Below, in pieces: positions 37,686 to 48,015 of a stretch of 64,000 nucleotides of DNA. The notes under the pieces are model-generated. The model was not told the DNA's origin. It worked only from the letters and a program-made list of their open reading frames with translations, and searched no databases. The DNA is from Longimicrobiales bacterium (GTDB lineage Bacteria; Gemmatimonadota; Gemmatimonadetes; Longimicrobiales; Gaopeijiaceae), in the NCBI GenBank assembly GCA_965219445.1, contig CBDCNQ010000005.1, positions 64,001 to 128,000 on the forward strand, in the 5' to 3' direction. Position 1 is the stretch's first letter. Every line of letters begins with the position of its first letter. A program made the translations under genes and the position numbers.

Positions 37686-37991
37686 TCACTCCGGATCGGG
37701 GAGAACTGAGCGGAGGAGGCCCTGAAGCTGGAAGTCCTCGAAGGCCCGAGCCTTGCTCACAACCTCCTCATAGGAGGCTTCGATCAGGATGGTGGTCGTG
37801 CGCCAGGTCGACCCCACTCCGGTGCTGGCCGCCGGGGAGAAACAGAGACGGCCCCGGTAAGTGGTGGGTAGTTGGGGGTCGTCTTGAAACTCGAGGTAGA
37901 CCTCCCAGAAGCGGCCGTCGTGGCTAATGGTCGCGAGGTGCTCGCCGTTTGGAAGAGGCGCGGTGTTGGAGGACTCGTTCGCTGCATTCAT
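37686..37991 (-). CDS. Hypothetical protein
   Basis: 101-aa ORF with natural composition, co-oriented with its neighbours. Confidence 0.65.
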   Translation of the reverse strand: MNAANESSNTAPLPNGEHLATISHDGRFWEVYLEFQDDPQLPTTYRGRLCFSPAASTGVGSTWRTTTILIEASYEEVVSKARAFEDFQLQGLLRSVLPDPE

Positions 37992-38026
37992 CGTGGCAAC
38001 ACATTAGCATCGCCTCTTTGCTCTCG

Positions 38027-40078
38027 CTACAAGTGGCGCTTCGGCGTATCCGTCGGCGCGCGCGTCCGTCGTAAAGCCCGCCGTACGTCGGCGAGGTCGC
38101 TCTTCATCTTCTGTCGTTCCAGAATGTCCAACTCCTGTCCGCCAAATCGGGCCCGGAGATAGGTGTAAACCACCGCTCGCGCCCGTGAATGGGACGGATG
38201 CCTGGCTCTGGTGAGTTCGTCGAGTAGCAGCAGCGGGGCGACTCCTTGGTCCGCCCTGAAGCCGGCGCGGCGGCAACTTTCGCGGAACTGGAGGTAGAGC
38301 TCCACCTCGGGTGAATACCGGCGGGACCTTCTGAGCAGGACGAACCCACTCAGGGTCATCACCATTACGATGAGGATCATCCATCGGATGTCCACGCTCG
38401 TGGCGGGTACCCGATCGGGAGAAACTTGGCTATTGGAGGTCGGCCCTCTGAGCAGCTCGGAGATGCGTTGGTACAGTCCGGATTGCGACTCCAGGTTGTA
38501 GTCGAGCACCCATTTATTCCATCGGTGCTGGAGTCCGTCGAACAGGAAGCGGCCCGGCCATAGCCAGGAGGTGACGGCCGCGGACGTTCCGGACCCTCCG
38601 GGGGTGGGGTCGAACTCGATCCACCCGTAACCCGGGAACCAAACCTCCACCCACGTGTGGGCCTCGTTTTGCGTAACGGCGAGGTACTGCCCGAAGTCGT
38701 TCCACTGTCCACCGAGGAAGCCGTTCACTTCTCGCGCGTGGAGACCCAGGCTCCGAAGAAGGACCACCATGGCCGTCGAGAAGTACTCGCAGTGCCCCTC
38801 CCCACGCTCGAAGAGGAAGTAGTCCAGGGTCGCCTCCCGGGCCGAGCGCGGGAGTTCGAGTGTGTAGTCGAACTCCGTATGAAAGAAGTCGTTGATCGCC
38901 CTCACCCTGTCGTAATCGTTATCCAGCCCCCGTGTGAGCGAGTCCGCGAGTTCGCTCACTCGCTGGGGAAGTTCGGGTAGCTGCGTGTAATGCTCCCGGG
39001 CAGGTGCAAAGCCGGAACGTGCTCCCCGCAATGCCGTGGGCGTGGGGCGGTCCGCCACGGACAAGGCCTCGTACGAAGGGCTACCGGAGCCCCAGTAGAT
39101 GTGGTCCCCCGCATTATCGAGTAGTGGTTGGATTCGTGGGTTGTCCGAGCGCGCCTCCAACAGCGGGTGGAGCGCGAAGAGCACATCCACGTCCAGCGGG
39201 GCACCGTAGATCTGCTGCCGCACTCTTCCCCTTCCCCAGGCCTCGTACCATCGTGCCGGGCCGATGGATGGCGGCAGTGCGTTCGATCGACTCCAGCGCA
39301 CTCCGTCGAAGCGGTCGTAAGAGCGGCCCCGCCAGTGAAGGGTGAGGAGGTCCTCGGGGACTCCGTCCGGGAACTCCACGCGGAGCACGATCTCTGGGTT
39401 CGGATAGATTCTGGAACCGTGCTCTCCGATCGAAACCTGATCGCTGAAGCCCGCGATGGACGTGGCGAGGACCTCTCCGCGAGAGGCCCATCCCCTCGAC
39501 AATCTTGGGAAGGTGATGAAGACCGCTCCGCTCATGATCAGCGTGACACCGGAGAGCCCCGCCATGCCGGCTAGGAATCTCCAGCCCACCAAGTTCTCTC
39601 GGACGCCATGGTGCTCGGCCTTCCGTCGGAGATGACCGACGACAAGCGCGACGGTAGCCAACACCACGTAGGCCACAAAGGCTAGGGCGAAGAGAACGCC
39701 GGGCCGGTAGACGGTTGAAGCGACGAGTAGTGCGGCGGTAAGGGAGTACAGACGGGCATCGTTCGGGGCGTCGAGCGACCTGAGCGCTTCGGCACACAAG
39801 AGTAGAAGCAGCAGGTCCACGACCGGGATCACGACGTCGTCCCCGACCAGGAAGACGTGATACAAGGACCGCAACACGAGGACTGCTGCGACCGGCAGCC
39901 AGACGCGCTCGAGCCGCAAGGAGACTGTGGAATTGGGTTGCCAGAAGAGCGCGAGAGTCAGGGCGAGGGCCGCCAGGATCATGCTGATCGGCTCGAAACC
40001 GGCACCTCCGGCGAACGCGGCGAGGGCAACGAGACCCATGCCCACGACCAGTCGTCGGTGCAGGAGCTCGAGGCTCAC
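38027..40078 (-). CDS. Membrane transglutaminase-domain protein (DUF3488/TgpA-like)
   Basis: N-terminal TM helices, FPR, HWRG, catalytic GHCEYFS / AHTWVE / FDPTP. Confidence 0.9.
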   Translation of the reverse strand: MSLELLHRRLVVGMGLVALAAFAGGAGFEPISMILAALALTLALFWQPNSTVSLRLERVWLPVAAVLVLRSLYHVFLVGDDVVIPVVDLLLLLLCAEALRSLDAPNDARLYSLTAALLVASTVYRPGVLFALAFVAYVVLATVALVVGHLRRKAEHHGVRENLVGWRFLAGMAGLSGVTLIMSGAVFITFPRLSRGWASRGEVLATSIAGFSDQVSIGEHGSRIYPNPEIVLRVEFPDGVPEDLLTLHWRGRSYDRFDGVRWSRSNALPPSIGPARWYEAWGRGRVRQQIYGAPLDVDVLFALHPLLEARSDNPRIQPLLDNAGDHIYWGSGSPSYEALSVADRPTPTALRGARSGFAPAREHYTQLPELPQRVSELADSLTRGLDNDYDRVRAINDFFHTEFDYTLELPRSAREATLDYFLFERGEGHCEYFSTAMVVLLRSLGLHAREVNGFLGGQWNDFGQYLAVTQNEAHTWVEVWFPGYGWIEFDPTPGGSGTSAAVTSWLWPGRFLFDGLQHRWNKWVLDYNLESQSGLYQRISELLRGPTSNSQVSPDRVPATSVDIRWMILIVMVMTLSGFVLLRRSRRYSPEVELYLQFRESCRRAGFRADQGVAPLLLLDELTRARHPSHSRARAVVYTYLRARFGGQELDILERQKMKSDLADVRRALRRTRAPTDTPKRHL

Positions 40079-41178
40079 CCTGCCCTCCAATCCGCTTCAT
40101 TCACTCCAGCGTGTGAGTGCGGAGTTTCCCGCAAGCTACCCGCAGGATCGATGTAGGCCCCGTACGATCCTCTTCGTGCACCCGAGGGGGACACGAGGAT
40201 GCAACCCATCGGGTCGATCGGGGGTGCCAAACGCGGAGCGGATGGATCGAAATCCACCCTCGCGAGGAGGTCGAGCACCCGCTCGAGTTGACCGGAGCCA
40301 CCCCCGGGAGCGAGGTCCGAGGTGCATGTAGTGATTCCGAACCGGCGTCCGACCCGGTACGCTTGGGCGGCCAGCGCGGCCGCGACCTCGATGGCCGCCT
40401 CGGCCGCATCTCCGGGCTCCTCTCGTGTGTCCAGACAAATCCGTACGGTGTCGGTGGTGTCCCGATCGTAGTCCCTCGACACGGGTGTCCCGATTTTGGC
40501 CGTGGTTCTCCAATGGACGTCCCTCGGATCGTCTCCGACACGGTACTCTCGCAGTCCCCGATACTCGCCGCGAGCGCCGGGAGCGCTCCCCGAGGAGTCG
40601 AAAAACTGCGGCCTGCCACGCCCCCCGGGAGGGGCTGGGAGGCGTACGGGTCGGTCGGTTCTCGGCCAGATGACCAGTTCGCCCAGCTGCGGGACGTCGC
40701 GCTCCTTCGTGAACAACCCGAAGGGGAAGGACGTCGAGAGGGTCAATGTCTCGAGCGGGTATACGCCGCGCTGGACAAAGTGATTCTCCGAGCCCACGGT
40801 CACGGAATCACCGGCTCCGACTCGACCGATGAAGGCGGCTTCTGCCAGCCCCTCTTCGATCAGGTAAACGGCGAGGGTCGGGAACAGACGCTTCTGATTC
40901 GTTACGTAGTACGTAAGCCGAATCGGCTTTCCCACCGTGACGCCGCGAGGGGTATGCCTGCGAATCTCCAGCTGGCGCAGGATGCGCTCGGAGAGCCAGC
41001 CCGACAAGGCGATGAAGCCAAGCATGGCTCCGAAGAGAAGATAGAGCAGGTTGTTGCCGGTGTTGACGGCCGCGAACCCGATAGCGAGCGATCCGATACT
41101 GAACAGGGCGCCGCCCATCGTAAAACGAATCCGGCGCCAGCCGCGGAGCCTCTTCCAGGCGTCTCGCAGAATGGACAC
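40075..41178 (-). CDS. DUF58 domain protein
   Basis: NTGNNLLYL, FPFGLF, LREYRVGDDPRDVHWRTTAK. Confidence 0.9.
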   Translation of the reverse strand: MSILRDAWKRLRGWRRIRFTMGGALFSIGSLAIGFAAVNTGNNLLYLLFGAMLGFIALSGWLSERILRQLEIRRHTPRGVTVGKPIRLTYYVTNQKRLFPTLAVYLIEEGLAEAAFIGRVGAGDSVTVGSENHFVQRGVYPLETLTLSTSFPFGLFTKERDVPQLGELVIWPRTDRPVRLPAPPGGRGRPQFFDSSGSAPGARGEYRGLREYRVGDDPRDVHWRTTAKIGTPVSRDYDRDTTDTVRICLDTREEPGDAAEAAIEVAAALAAQAYRVGRRFGITTCTSDLAPGGGSGQLERVLDLLARVDFDPSAPRLAPPIDPMGCILVSPSGARRGSYGAYIDPAGSLRETPHSHAGVNEADWRAG

Positions 41179-41179
41179 C

Positions 41180-42154
41180 CTAGACGGGGACCGCGACGTC
41201 CTCGAGAATGTCCTGCACGATTGCACCAGCTTCTTCATGTGCTTCGTGGCTCGCAGCGCTCGCTCCTACAGGAAGGATTCGATGGGCCAGGCACGGCACG
41301 GCGAGCCTCTGGACATCGCTCGGCACCAGAAAATGCCGGCCGCTGAGAAGAGCGTAGGCTCTCGACGCGCCTAGCAGCCCAATGGCTCCGCGCGGGCTCA
41401 CGCCCATCTGTAGTCGCGGCTCGACACGGGTTCTCTGTACGATGGCCATCACGTAGCCGATGAGGGAATCGTCCGCCTCGACCCGCGACACTTCCCGCTG
41501 CAGGCCGAGAACCTGGGTCGGCTCGAGGACGGCCTTGATGCGCTGCTCCCACGGCTCCTCGTTCGTGGACTCCAAGAGAATCCGTCGCTCGGCTCCCTCG
41601 CCCGGGTATCCGATCGTCAATCGCATGAGAAAGCGGTCGACCTGGCTCTCGGGGAGGGAATACGTGCCGTGATGTTCCAGAGGATTCTGCGTCGCCATCA
41701 CCATGAAGGGCTGCGGCAGCTCGAACGTGTCGTCGTCCAGACTCACTTGCCCTTCCTGCATGGCTTGGAGGAGGCCGCTCTGGGTCCGCGGAGGCGCTCG
41801 ATTGATCTCGTCCGCCAGCACGAGATTGGTGAAGATGGGCCCGCGGCGGGTCTCGAATTCCGAAGTACGGGGGTTGAAGATCGATACCCCCAGGACATCG
41901 GACGGGAGGAGGTCGCTCGTGAATTGGATACGTCGGAACGAGAGTCCCAAAGCGGCCGCGAGGGCATGAGCAAGCGTGGTTTTCCCTACTCCAGGCACGT
42001 CCTCGAAGAGGATGTGCCCGCGCGCGAGCAGCGCGGCTACGGCAAGACGCACGACCTCCTCTTTACCGTGGAAAACCTCCTCGACCTCCGCGATCAGGCT
42101 CTCGAGTAAATGGAGTGTCGGTGGAGTCTCGGTGATGGCTGCGATATCGGTCAA
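41180..42154 (-). CDS. moxR: MoxR family AAA+ ATPase
   Basis: EDVPGVGKTT, RIQFTSDLLPSD, LADEINRA, ATQNP, SPRG. Confidence 0.93.
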   Translation of the reverse strand: MTDIAAITETPPTLHLLESLIAEVEEVFHGKEEVVRLAVAALLARGHILFEDVPGVGKTTLAHALAAALGLSFRRIQFTSDLLPSDVLGVSIFNPRTSEFETRRGPIFTNLVLADEINRAPPRTQSGLLQAMQEGQVSLDDDTFELPQPFMVMATQNPLEHHGTYSLPESQVDRFLMRLTIGYPGEGAERRILLESTNEEPWEQRIKAVLEPTQVLGLQREVSRVEADDSLIGYVMAIVQRTRVEPRLQMGVSPRGAIGLLGASRAYALLSGRHFLVPSDVQRLAVPCLAHRILPVGASAASHEAHEEAGAIVQDILEDVAVPV

Positions 42155-42286
42155 AGTCGCTCTCCATGCAACGTTCGGCAGGCTCGTCGAGGCCGGGGGA
42201 AATAAAACACGTGTGTGTAGAAAAGGTTCTTATATATACACTGTTTTTATAGACTGTAAGAGCGTTTTTTCAAGAGAGTGGCAGCG

Positions 42287-42315
42287 TTGACACGATTAGG
42301 AGGCTCCGATACCTT
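42287..42315 (+). promoter_or_regulatory. Sigma-70-type promoter of the alternative complex III operon
   Basis: TTGACA-17 bp-TACCTT in an AT-rich divergent intergenic region. Confidence 0.6.
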
Positions 42316-42382
42316 CCCCGCCGTTTGGACCAAGAAAATCCTACACTCTCCCACCCCCATCCGCACGGCTGTGTAAGTGTAT

Positions 42383-42925
42383 ATGACGAAGCGATGGATA
42401 GGTGCATCCGTCGTCGCTCTCACGCTCCTGGGTTCACCCGTGTTGGTACGAGCTCAGGACAGTGGTGTAGCGGTGGAGGTCACCGACGGCGAGGACGCCC
42501 TGGTCCAGCCGATCGCATTCCCCCATACGATTCACGCCGGCGTGGACCAGATCGACTGCCAGTACTGCCACTTCTCGGCGGAGCGGTCCGTAGATGCCGG
42601 TATTCCGCCGGTCGGGACCTGCATGGGCTGCCACCTCATCATCGGCGGGACCGATCAGCGGCAGCAGGCGGAGATCCAGAAGCTCCGGGACTACTCGGCG
42701 AATCAGGAGCCGATTCCGTGGATTCGGATCTACAAGGTCGCAGACCACGTCCACTTCCCGCACATGAGGCACATTGCCGCCGAGGTCGACTGTGCGACCT
42801 GCCATGGGGAGGTCCAGGAGATGACCGTTATCGAGGAGGTCAATCAGCCCCTTGCGATGGGGTGGTGCGTCAGTTGCCATGTTGAGCGGGGCGCCTCTCG
42901 GGACTGCGCTGTCTGCCATTACTGA
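42383..42925 (+). CDS. actA: Alternative complex III pentahaem cytochrome c
   Basis: Five CxxCH motifs (CQYCH, CMGCH, CATCH, CVSCH, CAVCH); QPIAFPH. Confidence 0.9.
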   Translation: MTKRWIGASVVALTLLGSPVLVRAQDSGVAVEVTDGEDALVQPIAFPHTIHAGVDQIDCQYCHFSAERSVDAGIPPVGTCMGCHLIIGGTDQRQQAEIQKLRDYSANQEPIPWIRIYKVADHVHFPHMRHIAAEVDCATCHGEVQEMTVIEEVNQPLAMGWCVSCHVERGASRDCAVCHY

Positions 42926-42943
42926 TTCCGAAAGCCAACCGAT

Positions 42944-45900
42944 ATGACCGACGGACTTAAGAGACGGGACTTCCTGAAAGTTTTAGGCGCCAGTGGCACG
43001 GGTGCCGGCGTGTGGGGCTGCTCGACCGAGAAGGTCGAGAGGCTGATGCCGTACGTGGTGCCTCCGGAAGAAATCACCCCGGGCGTTGCTACGTGGTACA
43101 CGACAGTGTGTGGAGAGTGCGAGGCCGGCTGCGGGATGTGGGCACGCACACGGGAGGGGCGTGTCGTGAAGGTGGAGGGCAACCCCCAGCATCCCGTGTC
43201 GGCGGGGTCGCTTTGCTCACGCGGCCATTCGAGTCTCCAGGGACTCTACAATCCTGATCGCTTTACCGGTCCGATGCTCCGGCAGGGCGAGCAGCTCCAG
43301 CCGATTTCCTGGGACGACGCGGAGCAGATGGTTGCGGATCGCCTGTTGGCTACGGACGAGTACTACCTGTTTACGGGATTTGCGGGTCCTTCCCTGACGG
43401 GTCTGATGTCCGACTTCACCGGGACGACTGGCGGGCAGGTCGTTCGGTACGACCCCCTGGCCGAGGCACCGCTTCGTGAGGCGAGTCGGATCGCCTTCGG
43501 GCGAGACGTGGTTCCCTGGTACGACTTGGAGGAGGCCCGCTTCCTGGTTTCGTTCGGTGCGGATTTCCTGGAGAGTTGGCTTTCGCCCGTTCGAGACGGA
43601 CGGGGATTCGCACGCATGAGCGGCGTGGATGAGGAAGGCGGTAAGGGCCGCTTCGCGTTCGTGGGATCTCGCCTCTCCCTGACCGGGCAAAACGCCGATG
43701 ATTGGCTACCTATCCAGCCTGGGAGTGAGGCTTTGGTGGCACTCGCGATGGCCAACGTCGTGGCTGGCGGCGGAACCAGCGCTGGGCCCTACCGCAATAT
43801 CGTGGCAAGGTATACTCCCGAGAACGTTGCAGGCACCGTGGGCGTCGACGCTGAGAGTATCCGCGAACTCGCCGAGCGGTTTGAGGATGGGCCGAGCCTG
43901 GCGCTGGGCCCGGGGACTGCCGGGCTGCATCGCGGTGCCACAGCCGCCAACGTGGCGGTAGCGATCTTGAATGCCGTCGCCGGTAACGTCGGGCGCACGG
44001 TCCATTACGACGCTCCTCAGCTCGACGCTCCGTCGGCCGGCTTCGCTCCGATGCAGCAGGCCGTCGAGGCCATGCGCGGAGGTCAGGTGGGTGCAGTGCT
44101 CGTTCACGGGAGCAATCCCGCTTATGCCTTGCCCGCCTCGTCTGGATTCCGGGAGGCGTTCGGCAGCGTGCCCTTCAAGGTGTCGTTCGCATCTGCGATG
44201 GACGAGACGGCTGCGGAGGCGGATCTGATCCTTCCGGATCGGCATTTCCTCGAGTCGTGGGGGGACACGTCGTCCCGCCCCGGCCAGTGGACGGTCCGGC
44301 AGCCGACGATGCGGCCGGTTCCCCATTTCGATTCGAAACAAACCGGGGATGTGCTTCTCTCGGTTGCGACCCGAATAGGACAGGGGCTGGGGTCGGAGAC
44401 GTTCTACGATCACCTACGTGGCCGCTGGGCTGACCTTGCAGCCGCCGCCGGGGTGGCCGACGCCGATGCCTTCTGGCACGAGTCGCTTCGAACGGGGGTC
44501 GCGCAGGTCGGGACCACCCCGTCCGGTGCGACGGAGACACTTCGCCAACCGGACCGCGGTCTCGTGTTTGATCCGCCTGCTTTCGACGGGGCGGGCGATG
44601 TACATCTCATGGTGTACCCCTCCGCTCGGTACGGTGATGGCGCTCTGAATGCCAATCGGCCCTGGCTACAGGAGTTGCCGGATCCAGTGAGCAAGATCAC
44701 CTGGCATTCGTGGGTCGAGATGCATCCGAACCGTGCGGAGGCTCTCGGCGTTAGAAACGGAGATGTGGTCGTACTGTCCACGGAGCACGGGTCGGTCGAA
44801 GCACCTGTTTGGACGTACCCCGGAATCCGTGAGGACGTCATCGCGGTGCCCATGGGCGGTGGCCATACGAGCGCAGGACGTTTCGCCGACGGAAACGGTG
44901 TCAACGCACTGGACCTTCTCCCGAGCGAGGCCGAAGCCCTCTCGGGCGGGTTGGTGCACTTCGTGATGAGGGTGGACGTGGCGCCGACTAGCCGCCGCCG
45001 GCCTCTCGCATCGATCTCCGGCTCAGACTCGCAGAGCAATCGGCCCATTACTCCTGCTGTGGCTCTCTCGGGCCTCGGTGCGGAGGCCGTGGGAGGCGAG
45101 GAGGAAGACCACGGTCCGCTGCAGGAGATTCAGGGGGTCGGAGGGTTCGTGCCCGTCGAGACTGAGGGTCGCGCCGAGGACTTTCCGCTCGAGGGCTCTC
45201 GCCACGGTGAGTACGGAGAGGAAGATGAGCCCCGGTGGGCGATGACCATCGACCTGGACAAGTGCACCGGCTGTAGTGCCTGCGTGACGGCGTGCCAGGC
45301 CGAGAACAATGTGCCCTGGGTAGGCGAGGGGCAGGTCACGATGGGCCGCGATATGGGGTGGATCCGTTTGGAGCGCTATTACGAGGCGGTGGACGCGAGC
45401 CTTGCGGGACCGTTAGACGTCCGTTTCCTGCCGATGATTTGCCAGCACTGCGGAAACGCACCGTGCGAGCCTGTGTGCCCGGTTTTCGCTACGTATCACA
45501 CGCCCGACGGACTCAACGCGCAGATCTACAACCGCTGTGTCGGGACGCGGTATTGCCTGAACAACTGCCCGTATAAAGTCCGGGTATACAACTGGTATAC
45601 GTATACGGGCGAGGAGCCGGTGCGAGAGGGCCTTGGCCACATGCCGGAGCCGCTCAATTGGCAGCTGAATCCCGATGTGACCGTCCGTGAAAACGGGATC
45701 ATGGAGAAGTGCTCCTTCTGCATCCATCGGATTCGGGAGCACCAGGACCGGGCGGCCGTGGAGGGCAGCACGATCACGGATGGCCAGATCATCCCGGCGT
45801 GTCAGCAGAGCTGTCCGGCTGAGGCGATCGTGTTCGGCAACATCCGTGACTCCAGTTCGCGCGTCGCGCAGGCCTCACGCGATGAGCGTGCGTACCGCGT

Positions 45901-45985
45901 GCTGGACGAACTCGTGAATACGCAGCCGGCGGTGAGCTACTTGAAGAAGGTGACGTTCCACGAAGTGGATTCCGGGGAGCATTGA
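42944..45985 (+). CDS. actB: Alternative complex III molybdopterin-oxidoreductase-like/Fe-S subunit
   Basis: KRRDFLK Tat signal, NRPWLQELPDPVSKITW, Fe-S motifs CTGCSACVTAC, CQHC..CEPVCP, CVGTRYC..CP, CSFC..CQQSCP. Confidence 0.92.
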   Translation: MTDGLKRRDFLKVLGASGTGAGVWGCSTEKVERLMPYVVPPEEITPGVATWYTTVCGECEAGCGMWARTREGRVVKVEGNPQHPVSAGSLCSRGHSSLQGLYNPDRFTGPMLRQGEQLQPISWDDAEQMVADRLLATDEYYLFTGFAGPSLTGLMSDFTGTTGGQVVRYDPLAEAPLREASRIAFGRDVVPWYDLEEARFLVSFGADFLESWLSPVRDGRGFARMSGVDEEGGKGRFAFVGSRLSLTGQNADDWLPIQPGSEALVALAMANVVAGGGTSAGPYRNIVARYTPENVAGTVGVDAESIRELAERFEDGPSLALGPGTAGLHRGATAANVAVAILNAVAGNVGRTVHYDAPQLDAPSAGFAPMQQAVEAMRGGQVGAVLVHGSNPAYALPASSGFREAFGSVPFKVSFASAMDETAAEADLILPDRHFLESWGDTSSRPGQWTVRQPTMRPVPHFDSKQTGDVLLSVATRIGQGLGSETFYDHLRGRWADLAAAAGVADADAFWHESLRTGVAQVGTTPSGATETLRQPDRGLVFDPPAFDGAGDVHLMVYPSARYGDGALNANRPWLQELPDPVSKITWHSWVEMHPNRAEALGVRNGDVVVLSTEHGSVEAPVWTYPGIREDVIAVPMGGGHTSAGRFADGNGVNALDLLPSEAEALSGGLVHFVMRVDVAPTSRRRPLASISGSDSQSNRPITPAVALSGLGAEAVGGEEEDHGPLQEIQGVGGFVPVETEGRAEDFPLEGSRHGEYGEEDEPRWAMTIDLDKCTGCSACVTACQAENNVPWVGEGQVTMGRDMGWIRLERYYEAVDASLAGPLDVRFLPMICQHCGNAPCEPVCPVFATYHTPDGLNAQIYNRCVGTRYCLNNCPYKVRVYNWYTYTGEEPVREGLGHMPEPLNWQLNPDVTVRENGIMEKCSFCIHRIREHQDRAAVEGSTITDGQIIPACQQSCPAEAIVFGNIRDSSSRVAQASRDERAYRVLDELVNTQPAVSYLKKVTFHEVDSGEH

Positions 45986-47373
45986 TGAGTACCGCGACCG
46001 AAGTAGAGCGCGGAGCGCTCGCCCACCCGGACCTCCAATCGCTCGACGAGGTCAACCGCGACATTCTGAAGGCCCTCGGACGTCCCGGCCGGGTTTGGTG
46101 GGCGCTCCTAGCGTTGACGATCGGCGTGATGGGGCTCGGAGGGTACTCTTGGTGGACGCAGATCTGGGACGGCATCGGCGTCACCGGGCTCACCAGTCCG
46201 GTAGGCTGGGGCGTCTACATCACCACCTTCGTGTTCTGGGTCGGTATCGCACACTCGGGGACGCTGATCTCTGCGATCCTCTTTCTGTTCCGTGCGCCAT
46301 GGCGCCAGTCTATCTACCGTGCGGCCGAAGCGATGACGGTGTTCGCGGTCATGACGGCGGGCCTGTTCCCGCTCATCCACGTGGGGCGGGTGTGGCACGC
46401 ATACTGGCTCATCCCGTATCCGAACAGCCGGTTTCTTTGGCCGAACTTCCGTTCTCCATTGGTGTGGGACGTCTTCGCCGTGACGACGTATTTTACGGTC
46501 TCGGCGGTCTTCTTCTACCTGGGTGCCGTTCCGGATCTGGCGGCTGCGCGGGACGCGGCGAAGGGCTTGCGGAAGAAGCTCTACAAGGTCATCTCGCTCG
46601 GTTGGCGTGGGACGGACCGCGAGTGGCATCACTTTGGCAAGGCGTACATTTTCCTGGCCGCGTTGGCGACGCCTCTGGTCCTTTCCGTCCACTCTGTGGT
46701 GTCCTGGGACTTCGCGGTAGCCATCGTGCCCGGCTGGCACGCCACGATTTTCGCTCCGTACTTCGTGGCCGGGGCCATCTTCTCGGGCATTGCGATGGTG
46801 ATCACGCTGACGGTTCCGCTCCGCAAGGCTTTTGGGCTCGAGGCGTACCTCACGACAAAGCACTTCGACGCTATGGCGAAGCTGTGCTTGCTGACGTCGA
46901 TGATCGTATTTTACGCCTACCTCTCCGAGTTCTTCATGGCGTGGTACAGCGGTGAAGAGGTGGAGCGGGCAGCCTTCTGGGCGCGCCTATTCGGCCAATA
47001 CTGGTGGGCCGCTTGGATCATGCTCGTCTGCAACGGCATGGTTCCCGTCATGCTCTGGTTCAAGAGAGTTCGGTATTCGATTCCCGCGCTGTTTGTGATC
47101 TCGCTTTTCGTCAATATCGGTATGTGGTTCGAGCGGTACGTGATCATCGTCACTTCGCTCCACCACGAGTACGAGCCGTTCGCCTGGGGCGTCTATCGTC
47201 CCTCGACGGTGGAGATGGGTATCTTGGCGGGGAGCTTCGCATGGTTCGGGTTCTGGTTCCTGCTCTTCACGCGGTTGATTCCGCCGGTCGCCATCGCCGA
47301 ACTCAAGGAAGTGCTGCCCACGCCGATGCGACGAGCCACCTTGGGCACAGGTATGCGAGGGGGTTACCAATGA
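45985..47373 (+). CDS. actC: Alternative complex III NrfD-like membrane subunit
   Basis: FVFWVGIAHSGTLISAIL, RAAEAMT, NFRSPLVWD, LSVHSVVSWDF, PGWH, GMWFER. Confidence 0.93.
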   Translation: MSTATEVERGALAHPDLQSLDEVNRDILKALGRPGRVWWALLALTIGVMGLGGYSWWTQIWDGIGVTGLTSPVGWGVYITTFVFWVGIAHSGTLISAILFLFRAPWRQSIYRAAEAMTVFAVMTAGLFPLIHVGRVWHAYWLIPYPNSRFLWPNFRSPLVWDVFAVTTYFTVSAVFFYLGAVPDLAAARDAAKGLRKKLYKVISLGWRGTDREWHHFGKAYIFLAALATPLVLSVHSVVSWDFAVAIVPGWHATIFAPYFVAGAIFSGIAMVITLTVPLRKAFGLEAYLTTKHFDAMAKLCLLTSMIVFYAYLSEFFMAWYSGEEVERAAFWARLFGQYWWAAWIMLVCNGMVPVMLWFKRVRYSIPALFVISLFVNIGMWFERYVIIVTSLHHEYEPFAWGVYRPSTVEMGILAGSFAWFGFWFLLFTRLIPPVAIAELKEVLPTPMRRATLGTGMRGGYQ

Positions 47374-48011
47374 GCGGCACGGTGCGCCTCCTGGTGAGTC
47401 CTAACGCTCGAAGGGCGTGGGTCGGCGCGTTGCTCATCGCGTCGGGGGCCTGTTCGCCCTTTGACGACGCGATGGCGAATATCTTCGGCCGTCACATGCG
47501 TGACTCGAGGTCGTTCGATCCGTACGAGAATACGATCGCGCCGCCCGAAAATAGTGTGCCTTTCGCTTCTGGAAACAACACCCCGGGACGGGCCCGGCTG
47601 AACACGGGGCAGCCCGAAGTGGGGCTCATGCCGGCGCCATTTGCTCAGGCGGATCTGCTCAGCCCCGTGGTGCAGAACCTCCCGAACCCGGTTCCGTCCG
47701 ATCAGGCATCGCTCGAACGTGGTGAGGTACTCTTCGACCGAATTTGCGCGGTCTGTCATGGGCCGGCGGGCGTGGGAGCTCAGGCCAACATCATCGACAA
47801 ATATCCGTTGCTGATTGCGTACGACCTTTCGGGTCCGGTCGTGGCTGGATACAGCGACGGCCACATTTACGGGATCATGCGAGTCGGCCGAGGGAACATG
47901 CCCCCTTACGGGCACCAAATCAGTCATTTCGACCGCTGGAACATCGTGAACTATGTCCGCTTGTTACAAAGCCAGGCCGGCAATCCCCCGGCGGGCGCGG
48001 GGGCGGAGTAG
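47370..48011 (+). CDS. actE: Alternative complex III monohaem cytochrome c lipoprotein
   Basis: SGAC lipobox, PPENSVP, NPVP, CAVCHG, GRGNMPPY, DRWNIVNYVR. Confidence 0.85.
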   Translation: MSGTVRLLVSPNARRAWVGALLIASGACSPFDDAMANIFGRHMRDSRSFDPYENTIAPPENSVPFASGNNTPGRARLNTGQPEVGLMPAPFAQADLLSPVVQNLPNPVPSDQASLERGEVLFDRICAVCHGPAGVGAQANIIDKYPLLIAYDLSGPVVAGYSDGHIYGIMRVGRGNMPPYGHQISHFDRWNIVNYVRLLQSQAGNPPAGAGAE

Positions 48012-48015
48012 CCCG

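Noticed and set aside
42225..42260. LexA box in the AT-rich moxR/actA intergenic region
   Set aside because: CTGT-N8-ACTG does not match CTGT-N8-ACAG; better explained as divergent promoter sequence.
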